Source: Adineta vaga (taxonomy: Eukaryota > Animalia > Rotifera). From it: a stretch of 64,000 nt of DNA. Position 1 is the first letter of the stretch. Each line of letters starts with the position of its first letter. Below are positions 1 to 13,963 of this stretch, piece by piece. Below the pieces are notes generated by a model. It saw nothing but the letters and a program-made list of their open reading frames with translations. It had not been told where the DNA came from and did no database searches. The translations under genes and the position numbers were made by a program. The stretch covers positions 11,594,001-11,658,000 of the forward strand of contig CP075492.1 in the NCBI GenBank assembly GCA_021613535.1, read 5' to 3'.

Positions 1-778
1 AAAATGTTGTGTTGACATGTATGTATTGAGTACTTACTAATTTACAAAACAATAACTGTCCAAGTATAGAAAATGCACTGTATTGATCAAGTTGACATCC
101 CCCTCCCCATTCTAATAGGTGAGCTATTTGATGAATGACTTCCTTTGTTTATTACTTCAAAATTTTAGTAAAAAAATATATAAAAAAACAATGTCATTGA
201 TATAAACATATTTACAAAGAGAATCATTGAGAGAAGATCATATTTTTATTGATCTTGAAGAAAATTCACCCTCAACTTTTAGCATGTCGTTACGCTCGAA
301 CAAAATTGAATAATATATGACCTACTGCAGCGTAATCATTGGAAAAAAGGTACATCAACGTATAGAAAAACATTGCAAAATATAAAGAGATCATTGACAT
401 TGTTTTTAACTTCAGCTAGTATTGATCACTTGTTTTGTCCGTACGATTTTGTAAGTACATAATATTAGTCAAACTATATTGAGTGTTTTTCGAATTTTTA
501 CATACTGAATTGGAATGTTGGAGAATAGAATAGATACGATAATCTGTTTTGATTTACATTTAAAGTTATGTACACTGTCGAGTTAGATTTCAACTACAAA
601 TTTTGAAATTTTACACTGTGAAATGTACTTCCAGAGTGTAGATAACAGACCGAATCTGTATATTTATATAACTATTGATATGATGGCGAGAGGTTTTTAT
701 ACGAATTACCCGAAAAAAACTGACAGTAGTTCTTCTTTTGTTTATAAAGATGTAATATACTTTAGAAATTGCCATTCA

Positions 779-3700
779 ATGATCAATTATTTATTTTTTT
801 ATGTAAATGGCAAGGAGATAATTGATTATCATGTTGAACCTGAATGGACTCTTCTTTGGTACTTAAGAAATAGTGCGTAATGATTTATTGTATTGAAACG
901 TATATTTCGTTTTTTATTTAATGTGTAGAATTAAGACTGACTGGTTCAAAATTAGGTTGTGGAGAAGGTGGTTGTGGAGCATGTACTGTACTTGTTTCAA
1001 GACTTATTGATAAAAAGCCGAATGAAATTGAACATCGAACAATTAATGCTTGTTTAACATCGATCTGTGGTGTTGATGGATGTCATGTTATAACGGTTGA
1101 AGGATTAGGCTCAATAAACAAGTCTAATCTACATCCAGTGCAAAGGCGTCTTGCAGAATTATCTGGTTCACAATGTGGATTTTGTACTCCCGGCATGATC
1201 ATGTCTCTATATGGTACATTGACTACTGGAAACAGTTCACTACCACTAGTACAAGATATTGAAGAATCTTTTGATGGAAATCTTTGTCGATGTACTGGAT
1301 ATCGTCCAATTCTTGATGCTGCAAAAACATTTGCAAGTGATATCAATCAAATATATCATAAAAATTCATTATTATCATCAGAAACATCAACGACATACGA
1401 TAAATGCCATTTATATGCTAAACAAAATTCTGAAATAATGAATCCATTTGATTTTCCAGAAAAACTTCGAGAATATATTCCTCAATCTCTTCACATTCAA
1501 GGTTCAGTTGATTGGTATCGTCCGGTGACACTCAGTGAATTATTTCATCTTCGTTCCATGTATTCAGGCAATCAATCCAAACTTATCTTTGGTAATACGA
1601 CCGTACAGATAGAAAGCAGATATCAAAAGATATCCTATCCTCGTCTGATTACGATAACACATATTACAGAATTACAAGAAATCAAACGAACGCAAGACTC
1701 TTTATTGCTTGGAGCTGGTATAACATTTTCACAATTGAAATCTAAATTAATTGAATGGACCAATGATGATAATAGTCTTAGTGCTTGTCAAGCTCTACTA
1801 GATCAATTGAAACATTTTGCATCAATACAGATAAGAAATGTCGCCTCACTTGGTGGAAATATTATTTCCGCTTCACCAATGTAGATACGAATTGCAACAT
1901 GATTATATAGATTTTATTTTTATTTCTAGTTCTGATATCAATCCAGTTTTGATTGCTATTGGTGCAATACTTGAATTTCATTCTGCTAATAGACCGAACG
2001 TACGAAAAGTTCTCTTAAGTGATTTTTATCTAGGAGATCATCGTGTATCAATGTTAGACAATGAAGTTCTTGTTACGATTCATATTCCTATTTTTAATTC
2101 ACCTATAAATAAATACTTTCTTCGTTCCTATAAACAAGCTCGTCGTCGAGATGATTCCAAAGGGATTGTAAGCGCAGCGTTTCAAGTTGAACTTCAACCA
2201 CTAAAGATCAATAACGATCAAAAATGGAAAATTATTTCCACATGTTTCTCATTTGGTGGTATGGCATCAAAAACAATTGTAGCAACAAATACTCAACGTC
2301 AATTAATTGGCTTATTTTGGACCAAACAAACGATGAATCAAGTATATGATTTACTCTTAAAAGACATGGTATTAGATGAATTAAGTCCTGGTGGTATGCC
2401 TAAATTCAAGTAATAATTTCTTTTTACAATTATATATACATTCATGTAATTAATTTAGACAAACATTAGTTCAGTCATTTTTCTTTAAATTCTATTCATA
2501 TGTGTGTAATAAATTATCTCATCAACCAATCAATGATCGAAATATTTTGTACTTTAATCGTCCCGTATCCCATGCACAACAGACAATACCTGAACGACCA
2601 AAATCACAAAAAATTGTGGGTAGTTCATTGCCACATTGCACAGCTTATTTACACACTACAGGTGAAGCAATGTATGTCGATGATATGCCATCTTTAATTC
2701 ATACACATTATGGTGCTTTTGTATTGAGTACAAAAGCAAATGCTCGAATTAAACATATAGGTAAATGAGATATTTTCAATTGATCATGAATTATTTGCAA
2801 TAATCTTATCATAGATATTAGTGAAGCATTGAAAGTGCCCGGTTTTGTTTCATTCGTCAATCATTTAGATGTGCCTGGAATGAATAAACCTAACCATGGA
2901 ACTTTCATTGATGAAGAAATATTCGTTTCGTCGTCGCACTTTGTATTGGAGCAATTATTGGTGTTGTTGTTGGTAAAACAGAAGATTCAGCAAGATCTGC
3001 TGCTGATCTTATTCATATTGAATATGAATTATTAATTCCAAGGATATTTTCAATTAATGACGCTATTGATCATCAATCCTATTTTGGCGATGAATTATGT
3101 TTGAACAAAGGTGATGTGGAAAAGTGTTTTCATAATGCAGAACATATCTTAGAAGATACAATTTATATTGGTGGCCAAGAACATTTCTATATGGAAACAA
3201 ACTCATTTATTGTTATACCTTCACATGATGACCAAGAAATTACATTATATTCAGGAACTCAGACTCTAGCAGAACTTCAAGAATTAGCTGCATTAGTATT
3301 GAATCGAGATTCGAATCGTATAACATGTCGTGTAAAACGAATAGGTGGAGCTTTTGGTGGTAAAGAATCACGATGGTAAGTTTAAAAATTTTCTTGTTTT
3401 TTGTACGAAAGTGTATAATTTCTGTTTTAGTGCACCATTATGTCTTGCTGTTGCTGTAGCTGCTGTCAAAGTTGCTTGTCCCGTACGTTTAACTCTTGAA
3501 CGTCATACTGATATTTCAATAACTGGACAACGACATCCATTTAAAATTCATTATAGAGTAGCTTTTACTGATCAAGGTCATTTTCAAGGTTTAGATATTC
3601 AAATGTGGAGTAACGCTGGTTGTACAGTAGATTTATCAAAAGCAGTCATGGAATGTGCAATGCTTCATATGGGAAATTGTTATCAATTTCCTAATATACG

Positions 3701-5136
3701 TATACGTGGTTATGTTTGTAAAACACATCTACCATCCAATACTGGTTTGAGATTATATATAGTTCTTTTTGATTTAAATAATTTATTCTATTTGTTTCGA
3801 AAGCTTTTCGTGGTTTTGGTGGACCTCAAGCAATATTTGGTTGTGAAACAGTTGTTGAACATGTTGCTGCATATCTTAAACGTGATTCCTATACGATTCG
3901 TTGTCTTAATTTATTTCAAGAAGGTGATATGACACATTATGGACAAGTTTTACAGTCATGGAATATTCCGAGAATTCTAAATCAACTTTGTATATCAAGT
4001 GATTTCGATCAAAGACAATCGATTACTGAAGAATTTAATCATCAAAATATTTATCGAAAACGTGGTATAAGTATACTACCAGTTAAATTTGGAATTGGAT
4101 TTACTAATAAATTTCTTAATCAAGCAGGTGCACTTGTTCATATTTATAAAGATGGAACAGTTTTACTTACTCATAGTGGAATAGAGATGGGTCAAGGTTT
4201 ACATATGAAAATGATGTCAATAGCTTCTGAAGTTTTACATTGTGATATAAATTCTATACATATTAGTGAAACATCAACAGATAAAATACCTAATATGACT
4301 CCAACAAGTGGATCAGTTTCATCGGATCTCAATGGAATGGCAATAAAAAATGCTTGTGAACAACTTCGTCAACGATTGGATGCATTTATTGGTACTGGTA
4401 GTGATGATATTACATGGAAAAATCTGATTGAACAAGCATACTATGCACGTGTCGATCTATCTGCTCATGGATTTTATGCAACACCATACATGTTTGATGC
4501 TGATTTTAGTAGTAATCGAGCGACTTTCAATTATTTTACTCAAGGCGGTGTTGTTACAGAAATTGAACTAGATATTTTAACAGGTGATTGGCATATTTTA
4601 CGTGTTGACATTCTCATGGTACGTTTATCGCGTATATATTGAGTTGACTTTACGTTTTTCTTTAGGATGTAGGTATTTCACTCAATCCACAAATTGATAT
4701 TGGACAAATCGAAGGTGGTTTCATGCAAGGAGTTGGATTATTTACCATGGAAGAAGTTCTCTGGGGTGATAATAAACAAAATACATGGATTGAACAAGGC
4801 AAACTAGCTATTCAAGGACCAGATACATATAAAATTCCATCATTTAGTGATGTTCCACTCGATTTTCGTGTTTCACTTTTATCTGATTCATCAAATCCTC
4901 GAGCAGTTTATTCATCGAAAGGTATTGGTGAACCACCACTTATACTTGGTCTTTCGACTTTTTTTGCTTTGAAACAAGCATGTACATCTTATCGAAAGCA
5001 ACAAGGTGCATTCGATTATTTTACATTTCATTCACCAGCAACTGTTGAACGACTTCGAATGGCCTGTACTGATCAATTTACATGTCGTACACATCCTGAT
5101 ACACACGAAACATTTCCATCGAAAGATTCCGATTGA
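779..5136 (+). CDS. XDH: Xanthine dehydrogenase / aldehyde oxidase-family molybdo-flavoenzyme (multi-exon; apparent 1-nt frameshift near 2932)
   Basis: 2Fe-2S motifs LTGSKLGCGEGGCGAC, SQCGFCTPG, GNLCRCTGYRPI; FAD domain QIRNVASLGGNI, KQARRRDD; Moco domain GGQEHFYME, GGAFGGKE, AFRGFGGPQ, GIEMGQGL, SKGIGEPP. Short GT-AG introns join the ORF pieces. Start is approximate. Confidence 0.93.
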
Positions 5137-5374
5137 TAATCTTCTTCCTTTCTCTACCATAATAGTTAGCAATTAAATAGATAAGTACTGAAATATGTAC
5201 AATATTCTTCCTAAATTTTTCACTAATCTTTTCTAATTAGCAATAGAAAGATAAACGAGAAGAAATCAAAATAATATCGGTATATATTGTGTCACAATGA
5301 ATGTACGATATGAGAACGAAATAAACATCACAAGATGGAGAACAGTAATAATAAAAATGCATTCTTATTTGCAT

Positions 5375-5600
5375 AGATTGTGTTGATTGCTCTGCGGAGA
5401 AAAAACACATATTTGACAGTAGATTTAAGGACGTTCCAGATGGGTGAGAAATGCGTATTTCGAAAGATTATTTATCTAAAATCGCTAAATAAGTAGCAGA
5501 TACTAATAAAGGATCTTCTCTATCATTGTCCAAATACATAATACAGAGTTGATATCGGTACTAGTCACTGGTTTTCTCCGTAGAGCAATTAACACAATCT
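5375..5600. mobile_element. Short non-coding element bounded by 29-bp imperfect inverted repeats (MITE-like)
   Basis: 5375-5403 agattgtgttgattgctctgcggagaaaa versus the reverse complement of 5572-5600 agattgtgttaattgctctacggagaaaa (27/29 identical). No ORF inside; no clear target-site duplication. Confidence 0.55.
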
Positions 5601-6574
5601 GCGTTGGTATATATGAAAGATCTCGGGAATTTAGATTAAGGTTAATTGCACGAACTTCCAGGACGACCTATTTACGTACAAAAATCTCTCTTTTTCTTAT
5701 TTATTCAGATTCAAGATAAATTAAGGTATTGGTCTTATGATATTAAAAAACAGCTAATGTAAGTATTCCGACCATTCAAACCTTGAAAGAGAATAAACAG
5801 TTGCTTATTACAGCTCGTTGATTTTAGTATCATAAGTGATGTCATTGCATTATTTATACTTATTGACTGGTGAATAACAACCTTTTTCTTATATGTGATA
5901 AAAAGAAACGTTTTTATCGCATATGTTCCGCTAAAATATATGATTTTATGACATAAAAAAAATTATATACATCTTCTTAATAGATTATTTGATTTGATAA
6001 CAAATGTTTATAGTGGTCATGTCTTTCATAGACCCCAGTCTGTAAGGTTGGATGTAGAGGGAGAGCCTGAAAATCTCTTCATTTGAAACTTACACTTAGT
6101 ATTCTTCAAAAATATATCTGAGTTCCACAATAGAAACAGTCACTTTGAAACCAAATAATGGCTATTTCGTACCATAGATACCTATTGGTAGCATAGCTAC
6201 GAAGTTAATTCAATAAAAAAGCGGTCATTTCTGGAGGACGAGAGAAAGAGTTTTTTGAACCGTATTACGGACAAAATGTGTTAAACTGAGTTTTCGTCTA
6301 TCGACCCTATCCTTACAGTCTAGGGAATATAATACACGTCTGTTTGCGTATGCATGAATGACTGTTCTTGATAAAAACGTTCTTTTGGTCTCAGTGCATA
6401 AATACACATGTATTGACCTTCATAGCATTCTTTTTACTGGCCGTTTAAAACAAATAAGTCGGTAAGTGAGTGCACGATGAAATGAGTAGATTTGATAAAA
6501 AAATCGAACACATATGTCCTACTCAGAGCAGAATATTCTATATAGGTATTTTATTTTAGTATTGCATAGAAAGA

Positions 6575-9346
6575 ATGTCATCCGCACGAATTGATGCACC
6601 CATATTTAAAATCGATGAAATTGATCTGAACAATATTCTTAAATTTATTTATAAATATGAAAATATTCTGAAAGATTATGGTGGAATCAAAATTCAATTG
6701 AATTCTCAATGTCAATTAGCATTAAAAGAATATTTAATTTCGCCAATATGTACACATATTCAAAAAATTACGAAATTTGATCATCCATTTCAATCGATTT
6801 ACTCTATTGAAGAACAAGTGAATATTGGCTTTGATGATGAAAACTTCTTATCAAATATGAGTGAAGATGATTTTTGGTCACTTTTAACGAAATCAAATGA
6901 ACATCATTCGAAATCAAGTATTTCAATTTTACCAGACGAAAGTTTATTTTATCGAAACTTGGATCAAAAATCTTTTTCCATTCATTCTTTACCCGAACAA
7001 TCCTTATTCAACGTAAGCGAAAACCAATCGACGAAAGAATATCAATCATGTTTAACGAGAACACATGGACCAGGTTCAATATTTCCACTGACTTCCTCAC
7101 GACAACAACTTCCTTCATTAATTTATCATTATGAAGGTGGTGCACGTTATTATTATATTATTCCAAATTCTCAAAGAAAATTGTTAAATACTGTATTTAC
7201 AGATTTGAATTTTTCGTCTTGTCTTGAACACGGCGAAGTGTTAATCGATCCAATATTATTAGATAGACATCAAATTCGTTATCACCGTATTGTTCAAAAT
7301 CCGAATGAATTTGTTGTTCTAGCAGCTGGAGCTTTATCACAAAGTTTTACGGAAAATGCTTGTTGGAATGAATCAATTGATTTCGCTCTACCAAATTGGA
7401 TAGACGATAATCATATGAATTATCAAAATTCTTTATGTCAATGTAAAAGTCGAATATTGACATTACCAAGGGCAGTCGATTCAAAATTATTCTCACATAG
7501 TCTCAAAAATCAATATATTCAAACGTATCTAAACACCGATTATCGAGCAAATGCATCAATAAATCCAGGTTTGATTATGTTTTATTATACTCAAATGAAT
7601 ATACAATAGAGTTCTGAAGAAAAAGTCTATTTGTACTATGAGACCAAGTATCGCAACACACAGAAAGTTAATGCACAGAGAAGAAGACATATAACGTATA
7701 TGATACTTCGCATTCTAAGTATCATACAACGGTAAATGTCATTCTGAAACAATCTCATCTTAAGTTGCAATGAATAAACTATTGAAGAACGTTTCTTATA
7801 AATTTTTAGTTCCGATACACTCTTCAGCCATTGTTGACGTCGTTAAAGAAGAACCATATGATTCATTGATAAGTTTTCCATCTCGTGATAATGGCTCAAT
7901 AAATAAACATCACTCTGAACAAGCTGTCGACGATTTTATTAAACAAAATCAATTACAAAGGTTAGTACTTTGACTTTTTCGATCGTTGGCTAATAAATTT
8001 GACTTTTATTTGTTATTCTAGAACAAATGAATCGTACAATGCTACTGGTGAGAGATCGTCTCCGACAGAGCCAATGGAATACAATTCGAATGACAATATC
8101 CGTAAGTTTATCGATATATCAGAAAGTCAATGTAATCAACTAACGTATATATTCTAGTCAAAACTTCATCTTTATCTATAACAACTGCTGAACTGCAAAA
8201 TACATCATCTGTTAGTAATATTATTTCTCATAATAATCACATTCTCAGAAGTTATTCTTTACAATATTTAGATACCTTCATCAATAACTGCCATACATGC
8301 AGAAACGACTCGTAGGCATGTTTCAAGAAAATCCAAGTCGAACAACTTTAATAAAATTGAAATTCGTCAGAGAACACTTGTTGCATCAGGATTACGTAGT
8401 AGTATAAATAAACTTGAATTACATTGTTACTTTATCAACAGTGTCAAAGTGACCATAAAGCAAGCCGTGTCTACATCTGACAAGTATAATGTTTTCGAAT
8501 GAATGATAAAATCAAAGAAAACATTTTTTTCTTTCGTAGGTATGCTTTTATTGTACACAAAACAATAAAAGATGCACTGCACAATTTTGCTCAACCTATC
8601 GATTATAAATTTCTTGGTCCTAAGTGTCGAGTCAAATATATAGCTAGTCCTCCGTCAATTTCTACCGTTCATGACTCTCAATATTCCCGAATAGTTGTGG
8701 TTCGAAATATACCGCAACATGCTAATGAAACCGATTTGCATCGTCTATTCCCCAACTGTTCTGTGGAAAGGTTTGACCCAGCACGTTCTATTTATCGAAA
8801 GAACGCTACAGCTAATATGGCCAATGCGTATAAGATATTGACGGGGTAAGCACAATGCTCTAATTTTCGATTATATGGTCTCATAGAACCAATATGTAGA
8901 AATGACCTATAAGTTTTATGCTTTAACAGATGGATTATTGGCGTTCTTTTCTAAATTTTACTCTATACATAAGAATGATAATGATATCATGCTTCGGCGT
9001 CAAACGCTTTAAAATAAGTTTATAGATAAAATATAGACGTTAAGTATAAGTAACGTTAGAAGAAATACAATGAAGTTATATTTCAACCAAAATCAAAATA
9101 TTCCTTTTCTTGATTTCTGTATGTTAGTCTCGTTAATCCACTTATTCATAAGATTAGTTCAGAATTTAGAACAAATAAAATTATATAAATAAAATTCATT
9201 TTCATTTTAGATTTGCGTTTCTTCTCTACAATAGTGCTGAAGAAGCTGCTAATGTAGTTCAACAGGCTGATCAATATGGATATCGAATCAATGATCAACT
9301 ATTGAAGGTTTCATTGAATAAACCTAAAGAATCCGGCGACCGCTAA
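6575..9346 (+). CDS. JmjN plus degenerate JmjC (KDM4/KDM5-like) protein with two C-terminal RRM domains
   Basis: JmjN-like APIFKIDE..LKFIYKYENILKDYGGIKI; JmjC-like YHYEGGARYYYIIP and HRIVQNPNEFVVLAAGALSQSFTENACWNESIDFA. Downstream exons splice in frame to RRM1 (RTLVASGL..YAFIVH) and RRM2 (RIVVVRNIP..TGFAFLLY..LLKVSL); stop at 9344-9346. Confidence 0.75.
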
Positions 9347-10921
9347 AAAACTAACACTTTACTTATTGTCTATGATGATTAACTTGAACATTGAAATAAA
9401 TAGTCGTTCTTTATGATTTTTGTTCTCCAAATATATCGATAGAAAATAGTTACTTTCAATACTGTCTCAAACAAAAAGATTATCTAATATCAATATTGCC
9501 AAGTAATGATGTAAAAACTAATAATAGCATTGTTTACCGTCTTTAATTGACATTTTATTATAGCATTGATCTATGTTCGTACGAAAAAAAAGCAAACAAT
9601 AAAAGAATTAGAGTGCAGTAGATACGAATGGTTCAATAAGATGAAACATTAAACAAATACGTAGACAACAGAATAATACTCAGATTCACATGGCAATTAA
9701 CATTCAATTTCTTACACACGTTAAATCTCATTGTCTCTACTTTTTCATGATATTTCCGATCAAAATGGTTACTTCTTCATTCATTTCATTGCCAGTCCAT
9801 CATTCCAGGACCACATACATCGTTGATTTCTGATATATGTTTAAAAGAAAGATACTCACACGTAATGTAATAAAGTCATAAGAATCTTCACAGTGTGTGA
9901 GATTTTATATTTCGATGATTCTATCACAAAATTGAGAGTAAGATCAATGTCGACCAGGTACCTAACATTGGTCATATGTTCTAAATACTAGTCATTCTAT
10001 TTATAATATTTGCTCACATCTAAATACATACACACACACATACGTATGTGAATAGGAGAACAAGTCTTTCGTCTGTTATAAGTTGATGCATATTCATACA
10101 ACTTTGAATGATCCTATCCTTAATCAGTCGTAATGACTATGTAAACAAAAGCCAAATATATTGATTCGGACGAATGCACAAAATGATTATATAAAAAGAA
10201 ATATAGTCATATAATGAAACAAGACAATCTAATCGCAAATAAAAGTAACCAAATGCATTCGTGTAACAAAGAAACTTATGCCTCTATTGAAAAACGTTCG
10301 ATGGCGAATGAGAACTGTCCAAAGTACTCTATAACTAATTTCATATATTTTTGATGAGTTTCTCTCTTTTCCTCAATATCAACCAAGTCGAATATTCATA
10401 TTTTGAATCGATCATGATTTCTATAATAGTAATTTATAATATAACAAAACCTTGTATGAATATCAGACGTTTTTTTTCTATTAAGAAGATTAATTCCCAA
10501 TCAACATATTGACATTAATCTAGCAATATAAAACAGCAATCATGGTTATCCAACAAATATCACATTACTTTTCTCTATAGATTAGGATTATATAAACATT
10601 TGTCTACGTGTGTTTTATCCACAAGAATATGTATTAATTGATAAAAGTAAAAAATTCATTTAATTTGAATGAACAAAAAAATGAGACATTTATCGTTCCA
10701 CCTTTAAAAAAAAGCAACTTCACACTAATAGAACTAAATTCTAATATCAAATACGACATAGAGAAGAAAGAGACGTTATGTCAACCTGACTTTTCATTTT
10801 GACATATGGATTGCTCATATCATCGATTGATTTTCTTTTGATTTATATATACACCGAGATTCGCAAATCCTTCTGTCATGTTAGACCTGAAAAATAAAAT
10901 TGTTCGAATAATATGACATTG

Positions 10922-13900
10922 TTATGCCATTGGATCGAGCAAACATGGACGACGAAATTCTTGACCACGTTCATGAATCCATTTATTTGCAACCCATTTG
11001 TTTCCAATTAGTACAGGACAAGCTAACAATAAAACAGAAATTCTCATCATTACAATAAACAGAAAGAAAAGGTATGCTTACCTGCATGACGAGTATTGTA
11101 GTCACCTGAAAAGTACAAAAGAAAAACGAATGATAAGTATATGAAATAGAAATATTAGTGTTCATCTAACCTTCGCCGGATGCATAGAGATTATACCAAA
11201 ATGCTGCGCTTCCTTTTTTCGGTTTTAAATGACCACCAACGACTGGAAAAACAGTTGCACCGCCCTGTTCAACATCACTCATCTAGAAAAATATCTTTTA
11301 TCAAAATACTAACTGATATATGTTGATCTTACATAAGTTAACCATGTAGCAATACGATTTCCTACGCACACGAAAAAAAAGAGAAACTTTATTTTGTAAC
11401 CTTTTCGAAAGAATATTAACCTACCAGCACCAAGACTGGAAAATGCATCTTTTTCAGATCTCTAAATTTCATTTATAATTATATAATACTAATTCATCCG
11501 TACGTAGACTTACTCGTGCAAAATCAAAATGTGGTTCATAATGACCACCAACACCATAATTTGCAATCTAATAGTACAAAAATATTAAAACGACATATCT
11601 TTGAAGAAGACGACATACTTGAAGATCTTCAGCTGTGATCATACTTAAATTTGTTACTGCTTCAATCAATCGTGAGAGACGAGCGATCACTGGTGAATCG
11701 TCATTTCTCAACCAAGCACTAAACATCAAGTTAGAATCAACAAAAAAATTCATCTTCAGAAGTCTTTCTCTATAGATAATACATGCAGGATACAAAATAC
11801 ACAACAAATACGAATAGAACAGAATGATTCGATATGGTGAAAAGCGATAAAGAGATGTCATGCGCTGATATTTGAAGTTTGGGTTTAGTACCTTTTGCTC
11901 ACTCGATAGCTGGCATATTCATTCTTTGCTGTTTTAGGATTTTGTATAACCGCTCTGCTTAGCTACAACCATAATAAGAGATAATTATCTTAGATTCAAT
12001 CTCTACCGGATAATACAAAGAAGAAAGAAAAAAACGTTTATTTCAAAGAAGATTGATGATCCCATAGGAATTCATTGATGTAATATGATCTATGCGAATG
12101 AATAATAATATAGAAATGTTCTATTAACAATCCATTTTCGAATCGAAGATAATGTATGACTATGAGCTTTGTCTTTTCTTTTTACATACATCCATACAAG
12201 AAATGATTTAATAAATCAGTAATCACATTCTATTCTATATACAACTAAAAAATCAAATCATCCCGAATAACACAATTGTGCAATTTACTACAAGTGTCAA
12301 CAATTAACTACAAAGACATCGAATATTTTAATACCTCTTACTGATTCGATAATCAGCTGGTTTAAAAGTATCAGTCGCAAAATCACGTACGACCGCTCGT
12401 TGTAACTGTAAAATGAAAATTAGATTTCAAATCATTCGTTTTCTTTTTATTTATTCATATTCCTTATTGAATCTATGCAATACGTACTTTTGGCGAAGCA
12501 AGTGATTTGATTTCTTCAATATCTGCGTGATTAACAACATCATGAAAGAGAAATATAGCTGGTTGATCTAATAATTGTTCTTCTTTGACTGGACGAAGAA
12601 TAAGCGACGGATGATTGTTATGTCGATAACGACAAAATAATTTAGCTTGTCGTTTTGGACTTAACTAGAAAATGAAAACAATTGCAATTAGAAACTATAC
12701 AAAAAGTATAATACTACTTGAGTTCCATTTTGTCGACAAAGTTGTTCATATACTTCACGTTCTTCTAAGAAATCATCTGGTCTCTCATTTTTTACTTTAT
12801 AATTTTTATCTGTTGGATTCATTGGAAGTAATTTTTGATTTGGAGTTTCATTTGTATCCATATCACCTTTACGTTGTTGTTTAGTTAATGTTCGATTTTT
12901 AATAACAGTTTCATAATAAACTTTATTATTATTTGCACGAACATGACTTGGAACTATAGAAACAAAATTTCTTCTATCGATTCGAACACTTTCATTGTCA
13001 TTCATACCTATTTTCAACATTTCTTCGGTAATAGCTAATGCATGCTCAACATTTCCTTGCTAGCAAAAAAAAGAGAACATTACATTTCATGAATAGTACA
13101 ACAGATCTACCTGTGATGTTGAAAAAGCTAAATGATCTAAAATATCGATTTTATTAATTGATGTTTTATTCTTTTCTTTATCTAAATGATCCAATGCTTC
13201 TTGCATCCACATTAAAGTGTGATAGAAATCACCGTTTGTATATGCAATACGTCCTAAATCATAACATTCCAACGCTAGAAAAGCAAAACAATTAAAAAGA
13301 TCAAATAAATGAATTTCACGAACCACTCAATTCTTTTGATTTGAATTTCACACTTATTTCACCATTAGCTAATTGACTCGTATTTAATTTATATGTATCT
13401 TGTAAACGTAATAAACCCGTCGCCGATCCTAATTTATTTTTCCAAATAAAAGAACTTATCACGATAAATTACAATTCAATATTTACCTGTATAATCTTCA
13501 AATGAAGGAAATATCATATTGTCACCTAAAGTTTTTGAATAGTCTACAAAGAAGACGCAATGATTTTGTTTTTCTACTAAAATTTACTCATACCAGCAGG
13601 TAATAATTCTTCAATGTTGTACCAATCTGCAGTTAGATGTTTGATGAATAAATATGAATTAACTGGATTTCCAAAATAATATTCTTCATTTCCCTGAGCT
13701 TGTCGAATTTCATCTTTAATTACATTAACAAATCTATACGAATTAGATGAATAGAAATAGACAAAAATCAAATTATTTGAATAATATTACTTTTCTATTT
13801 GATCTAAACGTTCATATTCTTGTTTTAAATATGTTTCTAACTTTTTTCCTAATGCTATTTCAGTTTTTAATAGGTGAGTTAAATGTGTCGTGGAAGTAAA

Positions 13901-13963
13901 CGATTCACTATGAATAAGAATTGTTTTAATAAAAACAAGAGAAAGAATACGTATGAGAAACAT
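10922..13963 (-). CDS. P4HA: Collagen prolyl 4-hydroxylase alpha subunit (multi-exon)
   Basis: Signal peptide then ESFTSTTHL; GNPVNSYLFIK; TPR region ECYDLGRIAY..WMQEAL; catalytic ANYGVGGHYEPHFDFAR, GNRIATW, DVEQGGATVFP, TRHAACPVLIGNKWVANKWIHERGQEFRRPC. Confidence 0.95.
11892..11962 (-). other. P4HA mutually exclusive exon B (71 nt; LSRAVIQNPKTAKNEYASYRVSK)
   Basis: Flanked by ttgtag and gtacta; same length, phase and motif as exon A. Confidence 0.88.
12335..12405 (-). other. P4HA mutually exclusive exon A (71 nt; LQRAVVRDFATDTFKPADYRISK)
   Basis: Flanked by ttacag and gtatta; homologous to exon B. Confidence 0.88.

Noticed and set aside
5803-5812. GCTTATTACA, resembling the start of the bdelloid spliced leader as I recall it
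   Set aside because: Only about 10 nt match, with no following donor or Sm site; compatible with chance.
11780-11861. Possible third P4HA alternative exon (..FSPYRII..)
   Set aside because: Lacks the LxRA start, the 71-nt splice boundaries and the SK ending.
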